Positions 9,164 to 19,011 of a stretch of DNA of 64,000 nt are shown in pieces. Where the stretch lies: assembly GCA_016842065.1 (NCBI GenBank), contig JAEPDS010000014.1:12132-76131 (forward strand), given 5' to 3'. How positions within the stretch are numbered: the first letter of the stretch is position 1; each line of letters starts with the position of its first letter. Source of the stretch: Candidatus Thiodiazotropha sp. 'RUGA' (GTDB taxonomy: Bacteria > Pseudomonadota > Gammaproteobacteria > Chromatiales > Chromatiaceae). Made by a program: the position numbers and the translations under genes. The notes beneath the pieces were generated by a model that made no database searches, had not been told where the DNA came from, and saw only the letters and a program-made list of their open reading frames with translations.

Positions 9164-10605
9164 CCAGGGTGTTTGTTCAGGATTTGGGCCATGGTGCGCA
9201 TCAACCATTGACCAAATTCTCGCGACGGTGTTCCCGCGATGGAGGGAGAAACCCGATTTTTTTTGCCTCTGATTTTCAATTCCGGCTGTCGGTGCAGCTC
9301 AACCATCTCATTGACTCCAGGAAACTCCGCAGTGGTCTCACTCATCATTATGCCATCGGCCGGAGCGGCACCACAGAGTCGCGAGGCCAGATTCACACTG
9401 TCTCCAACCACGGTATACTCCAGCCGGTCGGGAATGCCGATGTTGCCGGCCAGCATGACACCGCTGTTGATTCCGATACGCAGCATTATCGGCTCTTTTC
9501 CCTCTTGCCGGCGCTGTTTGTTGATATGGCGCACCATGGCCTGGATCAGCCAGGCGCAACGAACTGCCTGTTGGCCATGCTGGTCGTCTGCTTCGGGGAC
9601 GCCAAATAGGATCATAGCACTGTCACCGATGAATTTATCCACCACCCCCCGACAGCGATGGGCCGCATCGGCAATCGCACCGAGATAGAGATTCAGCAGC
9701 GAGGCGACCTCATCCGCCGGCAGATCTTCCGACAGTTGGGTGAAACCCACGATGTCGCAGAACAGCACGCTGCCCTCCATCTCCTGGTTGGCGAGACGGG
9801 GCTGGGAGAGATTGGAGAGGATCTTGTCCGCCACCACCGGTGAGACATAGCGGGAGAGGGCATCCTCCACCTGGCGTTTTTCCAACATGCCAGCCGACAT
9901 GCGCTCGAAGTGGGCGTAGACCTGCCCGATCTCATCCTTTCGGTCCTCATCCCCCTGGGAGATCAACATCCCCGCTTCCGGTTGATGGCCCGCCTGGGCA
10001 AGCAGGGTGATCGGTCGGCTGAGGCGCTTGCTCAGGACATAGGAGAGAATTGCGGCAATCAGGATCAGGCCGATGGTGGCGAAACTGATAATACGAATGG
10101 TGCGTTTCTGGTTGCGGTCGAGAAAGGCCCGATCCAGGGTGATCACGGCGTGTCCCGCGATGACATCCCGAAAATGGATGGGGCTGAAGAAGGTGATTGC
10201 CGGATGCCGGGTGTTCTGCTCATCCCGCCAGGACCAGATCATTGGAGTAAGCTCCTTCGTGGTCGGCAGCTGATGGGGTACATTGCCTGAGATCACCCAG
10301 GGCTTTTCCGAAGGTACGATGGCCGCACCCACCACATTGTCATTCTGAGTCTGACGACTGACCAGGCCCTGCAGGTTGAACTGGTCTTCCGCCAGCAGGG
10401 GTTCGCTCGCCGAGTGGGCCAGCTGTTCAACCAGCACCTCACCGAAGCCTCTGACTTCGCGCATGTGGAAGCTGGTCTGCTGGGTGATCAGAAACCAGCC
10501 GAGAACGCCCATGACCAAGGTGATCAGGGTGCCGATATAGATCGTCCATTTGATGGAGATCGGAACAGGTGCTTTACGAAATAGTCGAACCAACCAGTTT
10601 AACAA
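9160..10605 (-). CDS. Membrane HAMP class III adenylate cyclase
   Basis: Two TMs, a periplasmic domain and HAMP; LFCDIVGFT, VDKFIGDSAM (the Lys indicates ATP specificity) and YTVVGDSVNLASRL. Confidence 0.93.
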   Translation of the reverse strand: MLNWLVRLFRKAPVPISIKWTIYIGTLITLVMGVLGWFLITQQTSFHMREVRGFGEVLVEQLAHSASEPLLAEDQFNLQGLVSRQTQNDNVVGAAIVPSEKPWVISGNVPHQLPTTKELTPMIWSWRDEQNTRHPAITFFSPIHFRDVIAGHAVITLDRAFLDRNQKRTIRIISFATIGLILIAAILSYVLSKRLSRPITLLAQAGHQPEAGMLISQGDEDRKDEIGQVYAHFERMSAGMLEKRQVEDALSRYVSPVVADKILSNLSQPRLANQEMEGSVLFCDIVGFTQLSEDLPADEVASLLNLYLGAIADAAHRCRGVVDKFIGDSAMILFGVPEADDQHGQQAVRCAWLIQAMVRHINKQRRQEGKEPIMLRIGINSGVMLAGNIGIPDRLEYTVVGDSVNLASRLCGAAPADGIMMSETTAEFPGVNEMVELHRQPELKIRGKKNRVSPSIAGTPSREFGQWLMRTMAQILNKHPG

Positions 10606-10766
10606 GACAATAATCCAATATAGTCAGTGGAGTAGGGATGTTTATATTGGTTTTAAAGAGGATTTCAGGGCAATCCGGGAGCGAGATTATAACCCTATTT
10701 CCACACGCTGTCGTAGACTCTGTCGATATTATCGATCAGCTTGAAGAACGGCGCCGGTTTAATCGA

Positions 10767-11576
10767 TCAGGCAACCCGTTTGATGTGCTGAATCAGTCTC
10801 GCTGAGATCTCCTCGATCGACATGGAGGTGGTCTCGAGATAGGGGATGTTGTAGTGCTTGAACAGGCCCTCAGCCAGTTTGACCTCCATTTTACACTGTT
10901 CAAGAGAGGAGTAGCGCCGGTCCGGGCGTCTCTCCTGGCGGATACGCTGCAGTTGATGTGGGTCGATGGTCAGACCGTACAGCTTATCCTTGTACTTGGC
11001 GAGGGTCTTCGGCAGCAGGTCGCTGTGCAGATCGTCATCAGTGAGTGGGTAGTTGGCAGCCAGGACGCTGTGCTGCAGGCCCAAAAAGAGGCAGGTCGGG
11101 GTTTTGCCGCTGCGCGAGACGCCAACCAGAATCAGGTCGGCTGTCTCATAGTTCTTGGTAATCGCACCATCGTCATTGTTGAGAGCGAAATTGACCGCGT
11201 GGATACGCTGGTCATAGGCGCGACCGTTCTTGGTGGTATGGAACTGTCCCAGGGCATGGGAGGAGGGAAGACCCAGCTCCTCTTCCAGGCGGGTGGTGAA
11301 GGTTTCGAAGAAATCCATCACCGGAACATCCAGGGTTTTGAAGTAGTCGCGGATCGAGGGATCCACCAGGGTGGTGAAGACGATCGGTTTCTGTCCCGAC
11401 TCGATGGTCGTGTGGTTGATCCGCTCAGCCACCCGGCGGGCCTTGTCCAGACTGTCTATGAAAGGCCAATGCACGGTCTCATACTCAAAACCGTCGAACT
11501 GACTCAGCAGTGAGCGCCCCATCGCTTCGACAGTGATACCGGTATGGTCGGCCAGGAAATAGACAGTACGTTTCAT
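10767..11576 (-). CDS. ppsR: PEP synthase regulatory protein (kinase/pyrophosphorylase)
   Basis: DHTGIT, NDDG and LVGVSRSGKTPT motifs; adjacent to ppsA. Confidence 0.95.
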   Translation of the reverse strand: MKRTVYFLADHTGITVEAMGRSLLSQFDGFEYETVHWPFIDSLDKARRVAERINHTTIESGQKPIVFTTLVDPSIRDYFKTLDVPVMDFFETFTTRLEEELGLPSSHALGQFHTTKNGRAYDQRIHAVNFALNNDDGAITKNYETADLILVGVSRSGKTPTCLFLGLQHSVLAANYPLTDDDLHSDLLPKTLAKYKDKLYGLTIDPHQLQRIRQERRPDRRYSSLEQCKMEVKLAEGLFKHYNIPYLETTSMSIEEISARLIQHIKRVA

Positions 11577-11614
11577 TGGGATTTCAGATGACTCTACACT
11601 GATTGAGAAAGGTG

Positions 11615-11640
11615 GCGGGGAGACCCGACGGTCTCCCCGC
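11615..11640 (-). terminator. GC-rich hairpin between ppsA and ppsR
   Basis: Perfect 11-bp stem GCGGGGAGACC/GGTCTCCCCGC with a 4-nt loop. The U-tract is weak, so it may be a stabiliser or attenuator. Confidence 0.6.
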
Positions 11641-11646
11641 TACACC

Positions 11647-14058
11647 CTAGTCACTCAAGCCGGTCAACAGCCTCCAGGTATCGACAACCGTGTCAGGATT
11701 CAGGGAAATACTGGCAATCTTCTGCTCCACCAGCCATTCCGCAAGGTCGGGATAGTCAGACGGCCCCTGGCCGCAGATACCGACATACTTACCCGCCTTG
11801 TTACAGGCCTGTATTGCCATGCTGAGCATCCGCTTGACCGCCGGGTTGCGCTCATCGAAGCTGCCGGCAACCAGTCCGGAATCCCGATCGAGTCCCAGGG
11901 TCAGCTGGGTCATGTCGTTGGAGCCGATGGAGAAGCCGTCGAAGTACTCCAGGAACTCTTCCGCCAGCACCGCATTGGAAGGCAGTTCGCACATCATGAT
12001 GACACGCAGGTCGTTTTCACCCCGTTTCAGACCATTCTGTTCCAGCAGGCTGATCACGCCAGAGGCTTCATCCAGGGTACGCACAAAGGGGATCATGATC
12101 TCCACATTGCTGAAGCCCATCTCTTCGCGAACCCGTTTCAGGGCGCGACACTCCAGCTCGAAGCAGGGTCTGAAGCTCTCGGAGATATAGCGCGAAGCAC
12201 CACGGAAACCGATCATCGGATTCTCTTCTGAGGGCTCATAGAGCTTGCCACCGATCAGGTTGGCGTACTCATTCGACTTGAAGTCGGACATGCGTACGAT
12301 GACCGGCTTGCCCTCGAATGCGGCTGCCAGGGTGGAGATGCCTTCCACCAGCTTCTCCACATAGAACTCCACCGGATCGTCGTAGCCGTTCATCTGGCTC
12401 TGTGCGGCCGCCTTGATATCCTCAGGCAGTTTGTCGAACTCCATCAGAGCGCGCGGATGGACACCGATGGTGGTGTTGATGATGAACTCCAGCCGGGCCA
12501 GACCGATACCCCCATTGGGAATTCGGCTGAAGGCGAAGGCGCGACTTGGATTGGCCACATTCATCATGATCTTGGCCGGTGCTTCCGGCAGACTGGTGAC
12601 ATCGCCCTGGGTGACTGAGTATTTCAGCAGGCCCTCATAGATGAAGCCGTCATCCCCTTCCGCACAGGAGACCGTAACCTCCTGGCCTTCCTGAAGTTTT
12701 TCCGTCGCATCATGACAGCCGACCACTGCGGGGATGCCCAGCTCGCGGGCGATGATCGCCGCATGGCAGGTGCGACCGCCCCGGTTGGTGACGATCGCCG
12801 ACGCTTTTTTCATTACCGGTTCCCAGTCAGGATCGGTCATATCGGTGATCAGCACATCACCGGCTTCCACTTTGGCCATCTCACTGGCATCCGCAATCAC
12901 CTTGGCGACGCCGCTGCCGATACGCTGACCGATGGCGCGACCCTGAGCCAGCACTTTAGCGTCACTCTGTTCCAACTTGAAACGCTCGACGGAGGCGGTG
13001 TCGACCCGGCTCTCAACAGTTTCCGGGCGTGCCTGCAGGATGTAGAGCTGGCCGTCGGTACCGTCCAGACCCCATTCGATGTCCATCGGACGCTGGTAGT
13101 GCTTCTCGATGGTGATCGCCATCTGGGCCAGACTCTCGACCTGCTCGCTGGTGAGCGAGAAACTGGTTTGATCCTGTGGTTCCACATCGACCGTCTTGAC
13201 CCGCTCCTCACCTTCCTGGCCATAGACCATCTTGATCGCCTTGCTGCCCAGGTTGCGGCGCAGAATAGCGGGTCTGCCGGCTTCCACATTGCCTTTGTGC
13301 ACATAGAATTCATCGGGATTGACGGCACCTTGTACCACCGTTTCACCCAGGCCGTATGAGCTGGTGATGAATACCGCATCCTTGAAACCGGATTCGGTGT
13401 CGAGGGTGAACATGACCCCGGCTGAGCCGACGTCGGAGCGCACCATCCGTTGGATGCCTGCAGAGAGTGCCACATCCTCATGGGCGAATCCCTGGTGAAC
13501 GCGATAGGAGATGGCCCGGTCGTTGTACAGAGAGGCGAATACCTCTTTGATCGCGATCATTACGTCATCCAGACCCTGTACGTTGAGAAAGGTCTCCTGC
13601 TGTCCGGCAAAGGAGGCGTCGGGCAGGTCTTCAGCAGTCGCAGAGGAGCGCACCGCGACAGAGGGAACCTCCTCAGCATCACCCACCAGCTTCTTGTAGG
13701 CCGCGGTGACAGCATTCTCCAGCTCTTCCGGAAACTCCGCTTCGACCACCCATTCACGCACTGTCTTGCCCGCTTCCGCCAGTGCCGTGACATCGCTCAC
13801 ATCGAGCTGCTGCAACAGCGGGTCGATTCGCTCCGCAAGGCGGTTGTGTTGCAGAAACTCACGATAGGCATGGGCTGTGGTGGCAAAGCCACCGGGAACG
13901 GAGACGCCGGCATCGGCAAGACCGCTGATCATCTCACCAAGAGATGCGTTCTTGCCGCCGACCTGATCGACATCATGCATTTTCAGGTTTTCAAACCAGA
14001 TTATTTGTTCATTCACCGCTTGCCCTCGGCTTGTGGATTGATTGGATGGATCAGTCAT
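11647..14058 (-). CDS. ppsA: Phosphoenolpyruvate synthase
   Basis: [36 protein letters not shown] (phospho-His) and [15 protein letters not shown]. Start moved to ATG 14058 because the longer ORF runs through the upstream small gene. Confidence 0.97.
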   Translation of the reverse strand: MTDPSNQSTSRGQAVNEQIIWFENLKMHDVDQVGGKNASLGEMISGLADAGVSVPGGFATTAHAYREFLQHNRLAERIDPLLQQLDVSDVTALAEAGKTVREWVVEAEFPEELENAVTAAYKKLVGDAEEVPSVAVRSSATAEDLPDASFAGQQETFLNVQGLDDVMIAIKEVFASLYNDRAISYRVHQGFAHEDVALSAGIQRMVRSDVGSAGVMFTLDTESGFKDAVFITSSYGLGETVVQGAVNPDEFYVHKGNVEAGRPAILRRNLGSKAIKMVYGQEGEERVKTVDVEPQDQTSFSLTSEQVESLAQMAITIEKHYQRPMDIEWGLDGTDGQLYILQARPETVESRVDTASVERFKLEQSDAKVLAQGRAIGQRIGSGVAKVIADASEMAKVEAGDVLITDMTDPDWEPVMKKASAIVTNRGGRTCHAAIIARELGIPAVVGCHDATEKLQEGQEVTVSCAEGDDGFIYEGLLKYSVTQGDVTSLPEAPAKIMMNVANPSRAFAFSRIPNGGIGLARLEFIINTTIGVHPRALMEFDKLPEDIKAAAQSQMNGYDDPVEFYVEKLVEGISTLAAAFEGKPVIVRMSDFKSNEYANLIGGKLYEPSEENPMIGFRGASRYISESFRPCFELECRALKRVREEMGFSNVEIMIPFVRTLDEASGVISLLEQNGLKRGENDLRVIMMCELPSNAVLAEEFLEYFDGFSIGSNDMTQLTLGLDRDSGLVAGSFDERNPAVKRMLSMAIQACNKAGKYVGICGQGPSDYPDLAEWLVEQKIASISLNPDTVVDTWRLLTGLSD

Positions 14059-14062
14059 TGTT

Positions 14063-14260
14063 TTAACCTCTGAGGTGGTCTCCTTGACGTTGGCAGCTGT
14101 TTCCGCTGCACAGACAGCTTTTACCACAGCCTGTGCCCTCTTCCTTATGAGGACCTAACTCAGGATGCAGTTTAGAAAAGCGTCGGGTGATGGACTGGAC
14201 GATCAACCAGCCCAACAACAGAATCGGTATCACGGTCATGGCGATGAGATAGTCGAGCAT
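14063..14260 (-). CDS. 65-aa single-TM protein with a C-terminal C-x3-C-x-C-x4-C motif (NqrM/FeoB-associated-like architecture)
   Basis: GGAGG RBS; start 4 nt after the rnfA stop; stop 4 nt before the ppsA start. Sequence [22 protein letters not shown]...[13 protein letters not shown]. Confidence 0.8.
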   Translation of the reverse strand: MLDYLIAMTVIPILLLGWLIVQSITRRFSKLHPELGPHKEEGTGCGKSCLCSGNSCQRQGDHLRG

Positions 14261-14264
14261 CGAA

Positions 14265-14855
14265 TCAACCTCCAAGTCCGGCAAAGCCCATGAACGAGAG
14301 TGAAAGCAGACCACCCAGCATCAGACTCACGGCGGCACCCTGGGTGATGCTCGGCATGGTCGAAAGCTCAAGCTTCTCGCGCAGACCGGCCATCAGCAGG
14401 ATCGCCAGGATAAAACCGACTCCGGCACCCAGTGCATAGACCAGGGATTGCAGGAAACTGTACTCCTTGAATGTCTGGAACAGGGCCAGACCGAGGATCG
14501 CACAGTTGGTGGTGATCAACGGCAGAAAGATGCCCAATGAGCGAAACAGGGCAGGGCTGAATTTTTTCAGGGTCATCTCCACCAATTGTACGGCACTGGC
14601 GATCACCGCGATATAGGCGATCAGGCGCAGGAATTCGATCTCAAAGGCGACCAGCACCTCATTGATCAGAAACGCACAGACTGAACTGACCAGCATTACG
14701 AACAGGGTTGCCAGGCCCATTGGTACGGCGGTATTGATCTTTCCCGAGACACCGAGGAACGGGCACAGGCCGAGAAACAGGGCAAGTACAAAGTTGTTTG
14801 CCAGTACCGCGTTGAGAAAGATAAAGCTTAGGGTTTCTGTCGCCATCGTGGTCAC
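14265..14855 (-). CDS. rnfA: Rnf electron transport complex subunit A
   Basis: NNFVLALFLGLCPFLGVS and FLPLITTNCAILG. Confidence 0.95.
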   Translation of the reverse strand: MTTMATETLSFIFLNAVLANNFVLALFLGLCPFLGVSGKINTAVPMGLATLFVMLVSSVCAFLINEVLVAFEIEFLRLIAYIAVIASAVQLVEMTLKKFSPALFRSLGIFLPLITTNCAILGLALFQTFKEYSFLQSLVYALGAGVGFILAILLMAGLREKLELSTMPSITQGAAVSLMLGGLLSLSFMGFAGLGG

Positions 14856-14931
14856 TTAATGATGTTTGAGGAGAGCGGGCTGCAACCGCCTGCAGGAATC
14901 TGAACCAATTTCATCTGATCGATTCTGTCGT

Positions 14932-15576
14932 TCATGATTCTGCCGCCGGATTCAGTTCAGTCTCGGATTTGCGCTGCTTCAGCCACTCGAACAGCAGCAG
15001 CCAGGCACCCAGTACGAGAAAGCCGCCGGCGGGCAGTACCATCACCACCCAGGGTTCGAATCTGGGGCCGAACAGATCAATGCCGAACAGGCTGCCGGCA
15101 CCGAGGATTTCGCGCACCACGCCAAGGCAGAGCAGGGCCAGGGTAAATCCCAGCCCCATGCCGGTGGCGTTGACGATCGACTTCAACGGCGGATTCCTGG
15201 AAGAGTAGGCCTCGGCCCGGCCCAGTATCATGCAGTTGGCTACGATCAGCTGGATGAAGGCACCCAGTGCATTGTAGAGATCCAGGGAGATCGCCTGGAT
15301 GGTGTAGTCGACAATGGTGACGAAGGTGGCGATGATGACGATGTAGGTGGCGATGCGCACCTGCTTGGGAATGCTGTTGCGCAGCAGCGAGATCAAAGTG
15401 CCTGAGGCGAGCAGTACGAAAAGTGTCGCAATACCCATCGCCAGGGCATTGATTGCCGAGTTGGTCACTGCCAGTACCGGGCACATGCCCAGCAGCATGA
15501 CAAACACAGGATTCTCACGCCACAAACCTTCACTGAAGGTATCCCAGGTGATGGTGTTGTCTTGTTTTTTCGCCAT
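14932..15576 (-). CDS. rnfE: Rnf subunit E
   Basis: ENPVFVMLLGMCPVLAVT, IPKQVRI and LIVANCMILGRAEAY. Confidence 0.95.
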   Translation of the reverse strand: MAKKQDNTITWDTFSEGLWRENPVFVMLLGMCPVLAVTNSAINALAMGIATLFVLLASGTLISLLRNSIPKQVRIATYIVIIATFVTIVDYTIQAISLDLYNALGAFIQLIVANCMILGRAEAYSSRNPPLKSIVNATGMGLGFTLALLCLGVVREILGAGSLFGIDLFGPRFEPWVVMVLPAGGFLVLGAWLLLFEWLKQRKSETELNPAAES

Positions 15577-15660
15577 GGTTATCAGTTAGTTCAATTCAGT
15601 TATTGTCAATCAATCGGACTCGGTCTTACTTTGCGCATGATCAATTAAATCAGGCATTGT

Positions 15661-16389
15661 TCACTGCGTCCCGCTGTCCGGCGTTTCAGGTTCGCTTGGC
15701 GGCGGTGGCGCATTGCGGATCACATCAATGTGTGGCATCAACTGGGGCAGTAGTTGCTGAGTGGATTGATTCAGCGCCTTGCCCACCGCTTTTGCGGAGA
15801 TGGTCGCGCCGGATATGGCGTCAATCTCCCAAGGGTTCTGTTTGGTGCCCGCTTTGACGGTCACAATCTCATTGGCCAGTGCGTCGCCGCCCGCATTCAG
15901 CTTTGCCTCCAGTGCATCGAAGTTGGCGACAAAGTTGGCATCGGTGATGATTTTGTCACCCAGCCCCGGGGTTTCTGCCAGCTTGAGCACTTTGATCCCA
16001 CGGACGCATTCACAATCGGGATCGTAGCCATACAGTAGGTGAATCATATCCGCATAGCCCTGAGCGCCGGCCTTGGCGGCAACACCATTCAGGTTGCCCT
16101 GTTGATCGTAACCCGCGTAGACCAGTACCCCCTCAGTGGGACCATCCGGGCTGACTGGCGTCACCGCCGATTCAGTGACCAGGAAATCACGTCGGGCAAC
16201 CGCACCCGGGATCACCTGAAACACCGCGGCCTCGATGGCACGCCGTTGGTTTTCTGCGATGATTGGTTTGGTCAGCTGGTAGGTGAGTACCACCAGAAAA
16301 CCCGACAACATGGCAATTCCCATCAGGGTACGAATCATCGGGCCCGTCGGGGTGGACGGTTGGATGGCTTGAGCTTCCGGTGTACTCAT
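15661..16389 (-). CDS. rnfG: Rnf subunit G
   Basis: N-terminal TM, ETPGLGDKI, and the FMN-attachment motif DAISGATIS. Confidence 0.94.
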   Translation of the reverse strand: MSTPEAQAIQPSTPTGPMIRTLMGIAMLSGFLVVLTYQLTKPIIAENQRRAIEAAVFQVIPGAVARRDFLVTESAVTPVSPDGPTEGVLVYAGYDQQGNLNGVAAKAGAQGYADMIHLLYGYDPDCECVRGIKVLKLAETPGLGDKIITDANFVANFDALEAKLNAGGDALANEIVTVKAGTKQNPWEIDAISGATISAKAVGKALNQSTQQLLPQLMPHIDVIRNAPPPPSEPETPDSGTQ

Positions 16390-17432
16390 TTGCCCGCCCT
16401 CTGCTCGCCGAACACCCGGGGTTGGGTGATCTGATCAATCAACGGTGTGGCCGCATTGCCCAGCAGGATGGCATACATCACCCCTTCGGTCAGACCGCCG
16501 AAGAGTCGGATGATCACGGTGATTACACCAATCATCACGGCATAGATCACCACCCCGAGTGGGGTAACCGGTGAACCGACCATGTCACTGGCCATGAACC
16601 AGGCGCCAAGCATCAGGCCGCCGGAGAGTACCACGAACAGTGGGTCCGGATATTTGGCCGGATCGATCATGTAGAAGATACCGGCAGTCACTGCGGCGCT
16701 GAGCAGGACCAGTACCGGAATGCGCCAATCGAGCATCCGTCTTGCCGCCAGATAGAGACCTCCGGCCAGAATCAGCAGCGCGGAGGTTTCGCCGGCGGAA
16801 CCGGCAGTGGTACCGAGCAGCATATCCATGTGGTCGGTCACGACACCTTCAAACTTCTGCAGTGCCAGCGGGGTGGCGCCGGAAAAGGCATCCACGGTGA
16901 CTTCCGAGATCCAGTCGCCTACAGCGGGGGGTTGCAGGAATGGGGGCGTCAGTGTGGTGGGGATGAACTGGCTGAAGCGGCCATCGAAAAATGCCGGTGT
17001 CCAGGTGGTGATGGCAACCGGAAAGGCGGCTTGAACAAAGGCCCGTCCGATCAGTGCAGGATTCATGGCGTTCATGCCCAGTCCGCCGAACATCGCCTTG
17101 CCCAGCGCGACACCGACGAAGGCGGCAACCGCACCCATCCAGAGGGGGAAACCGGGCGGCAGGGTCATCGCCAGCAACAGGCCGGTGATGGTGGCGGACC
17201 AGTCTCCCAGGGAACTGGGCTTACCGCTCAGCGCATTGAACATACGCTCACTCAACAGGCAGGTCAGGGTGACGACCACCAGCAGTGCCAGTGCGCTGAT
17301 ACCGAATTGCCAGACAGTGAATGCACAGATCGGTAGCAGGGCGTAGACCACATTGCGCATGATGACGACCACATCCTCCCCGGCATGGGCATGAGGTGAG
17401 GTACGCAGTTCAATGGTGGGTTTTTTACTCAT
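16386..17432 (-). CDS. rnfD: Rnf subunit D
   Basis: SPHAH, FGGLGMN.MNPAL, the FMN motif DAFSGATPL, and GSAGETS. Confidence 0.95.
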   Translation of the reverse strand: MSKKPTIELRTSPHAHAGEDVVVIMRNVVYALLPICAFTVWQFGISALALLVVVTLTCLLSERMFNALSGKPSSLGDWSATITGLLLAMTLPPGFPLWMGAVAAFVGVALGKAMFGGLGMNAMNPALIGRAFVQAAFPVAITTWTPAFFDGRFSQFIPTTLTPPFLQPPAVGDWISEVTVDAFSGATPLALQKFEGVVTDHMDMLLGTTAGSAGETSALLILAGGLYLAARRMLDWRIPVLVLLSAAVTAGIFYMIDPAKYPDPLFVVLSGGLMLGAWFMASDMVGSPVTPLGVVIYAVMIGVITVIIRLFGGLTEGVMYAILLGNAATPLIDQITQPRVFGEQRAGK

Positions 17433-17468
17433 GTTTGTTTTTTCAGCTATACAACATAGGCCGGAGGG

Positions 17469-18809
17469 TTAGGCAGCCTGTTCCCGGTTGATCGCTTTGG
17501 CGATCCGAAAATACTGCACCAGGGGAATATTCGAGGGGCAGACATAGGAGCAGCAGCCACACTCGAAACAGTCGGTCAGGTGATACTCTTCGGCCATCTC
17601 CTCATATTTACGCTTCGCTGCCAGTTGTCCAAGCATCGAGGGATTGAGATGCATGGGGCAGGCACTGACACAACGGGCACAGCGGATACAGGGCCAGATT
17701 TTGTGGCTCTCTTCCTCGATGGAGGGTTCATTCAGGACCAGTAGTCCGGAGGTGCCCTTGGTAATCGGGGTATCCAGGGCGGAGACGGCAGGCCCCATCA
17801 TCGGACCACCCAGTATAAACTCAGTACGAGCACCCTCATAACCCACATAATCGAGAATATATCGGATCGGGGTACCCAGTGGCACCAGGTAGTTGGCCGG
17901 CTTGGCGATGCCGGGCCCTGCGACGGTGATCACCCGTTCGATCAACCCCCGTCCTTTGGGCAGCAGATCCCCCAGACCGGCCAGGGTGCCCACATTATTG
18001 ACCACTACGCCCACATCGGCGGGCAGACCGCCTGTGGGTACCTCCCGATCGAGGGCCGATTTGATCAGCATCTTTTCAGAGCCTTGAGGGTACTTGGTCT
18101 CTACTGCTTTGACCTCCACCGGGCTGCCTTTGGATAGATGGCTCTTAAGCAGCTCCACCGCGTCCATTTTATTGTCTTCGATACCGATGATCGCCTTTTC
18201 CGTACCGGTGGCGCGCATCGCGTAACGAATGCCACGCAACAGAGCTTTGGGGTGTTCCAGCATGATCCTGTGGTCACAGGTCAGGTAGGGCTCACATTCG
18301 CAACCGTTGACGATCAGGGTATCGACCTGTTTGTCTGGCGGTATCGAGAGCTTCATATGGGAGGGGAAGGCGGCGCCGCCGAGTCCCACCATGCCGCTGT
18401 CCTGGATTGCCTGGATGATCTCTTGCGGGGAGAGTTCACTCATCTCCCGCGGCTGTTCCCAAAGCACCTCTTGTGTCGAGCCTTCATAGACATCGATGAG
18501 GATCGCATTGGTCTTCGGGCCCTTCGGAGTCGGCATCAGTTCGATGCCGGCGATTCGGCCAGTAGCCGGGGCATGCAGAGGCACTGAAAAGTTTCCGTCC
18601 GCTTTGGCAATCGGTTCACCCCGAACCACCTCCTGGCCTTTGACAACCAGAGGTATCGCCGGTTTGCCGATATGCTGGTCCAGCGGCAACACCAGTTGCG
18701 GGGGGAAGGGAAGACGGCGGATCGGTTTATCCGCCGTATCCTTGTGATAGGGTGGATGGATGCCGTGTGTAAAGCCTTTCTGCCCAAACAGCAGGTTGAA
18801 CAATCCCAT
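17469..18809 (-). CDS. rnfC: Rnf subunit C (short form without C-terminal repeats)
   Basis: GMVGLGGAAFP, NGCECEPYLTCD, YPQGSEK, GGPMMG, CIRCARCVSACP and CFECGCCSYVCP. Confidence 0.96.
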   Translation of the reverse strand: MGLFNLLFGQKGFTHGIHPPYHKDTADKPIRRLPFPPQLVLPLDQHIGKPAIPLVVKGQEVVRGEPIAKADGNFSVPLHAPATGRIAGIELMPTPKGPKTNAILIDVYEGSTQEVLWEQPREMSELSPQEIIQAIQDSGMVGLGGAAFPSHMKLSIPPDKQVDTLIVNGCECEPYLTCDHRIMLEHPKALLRGIRYAMRATGTEKAIIGIEDNKMDAVELLKSHLSKGSPVEVKAVETKYPQGSEKMLIKSALDREVPTGGLPADVGVVVNNVGTLAGLGDLLPKGRGLIERVITVAGPGIAKPANYLVPLGTPIRYILDYVGYEGARTEFILGGPMMGPAVSALDTPITKGTSGLLVLNEPSIEEESHKIWPCIRCARCVSACPMHLNPSMLGQLAAKRKYEEMAEEYHLTDCFECGCCSYVCPSNIPLVQYFRIAKAINREQAA

Positions 18810-18935
18810 AGTCTCTCTGATCTCGTTTAACCTTGAGTTCGCAATTGAACACGGTGTTGTGGGAAATCCATTATCGGGTTTGCCATAACAGAATCCATGC
18901 GCCGGATAGTAGCCACCAATTGCAGAATCGAGATT

Positions 18936-19003
18936 TAACAGGCGGAGCCGAAGCTCCGCACACTGTTAGCCAAATCGACCATCCTGGCTGTGCCGGATGG
19001 TCG
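18936..19003 (-). promoter_or_regulatory. Tandem hairpins directly 3' of the PFOR gene
   Basis: On the transcribed strand, a GCGGAGC stem closes a cUUCGg tetraloop (18942-18959). A second 9-bp stem lies at 18976-19003. Confidence 0.6.
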
Positions 19004-19011
19004 CCGTGGGT

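Noticed and set aside
14059-14127. N-terminal extension of ppsA in the ORF track
   Set aside because: It overlaps the Cys-rich small gene in another frame; ATG 14058 has its own GAGG RBS.
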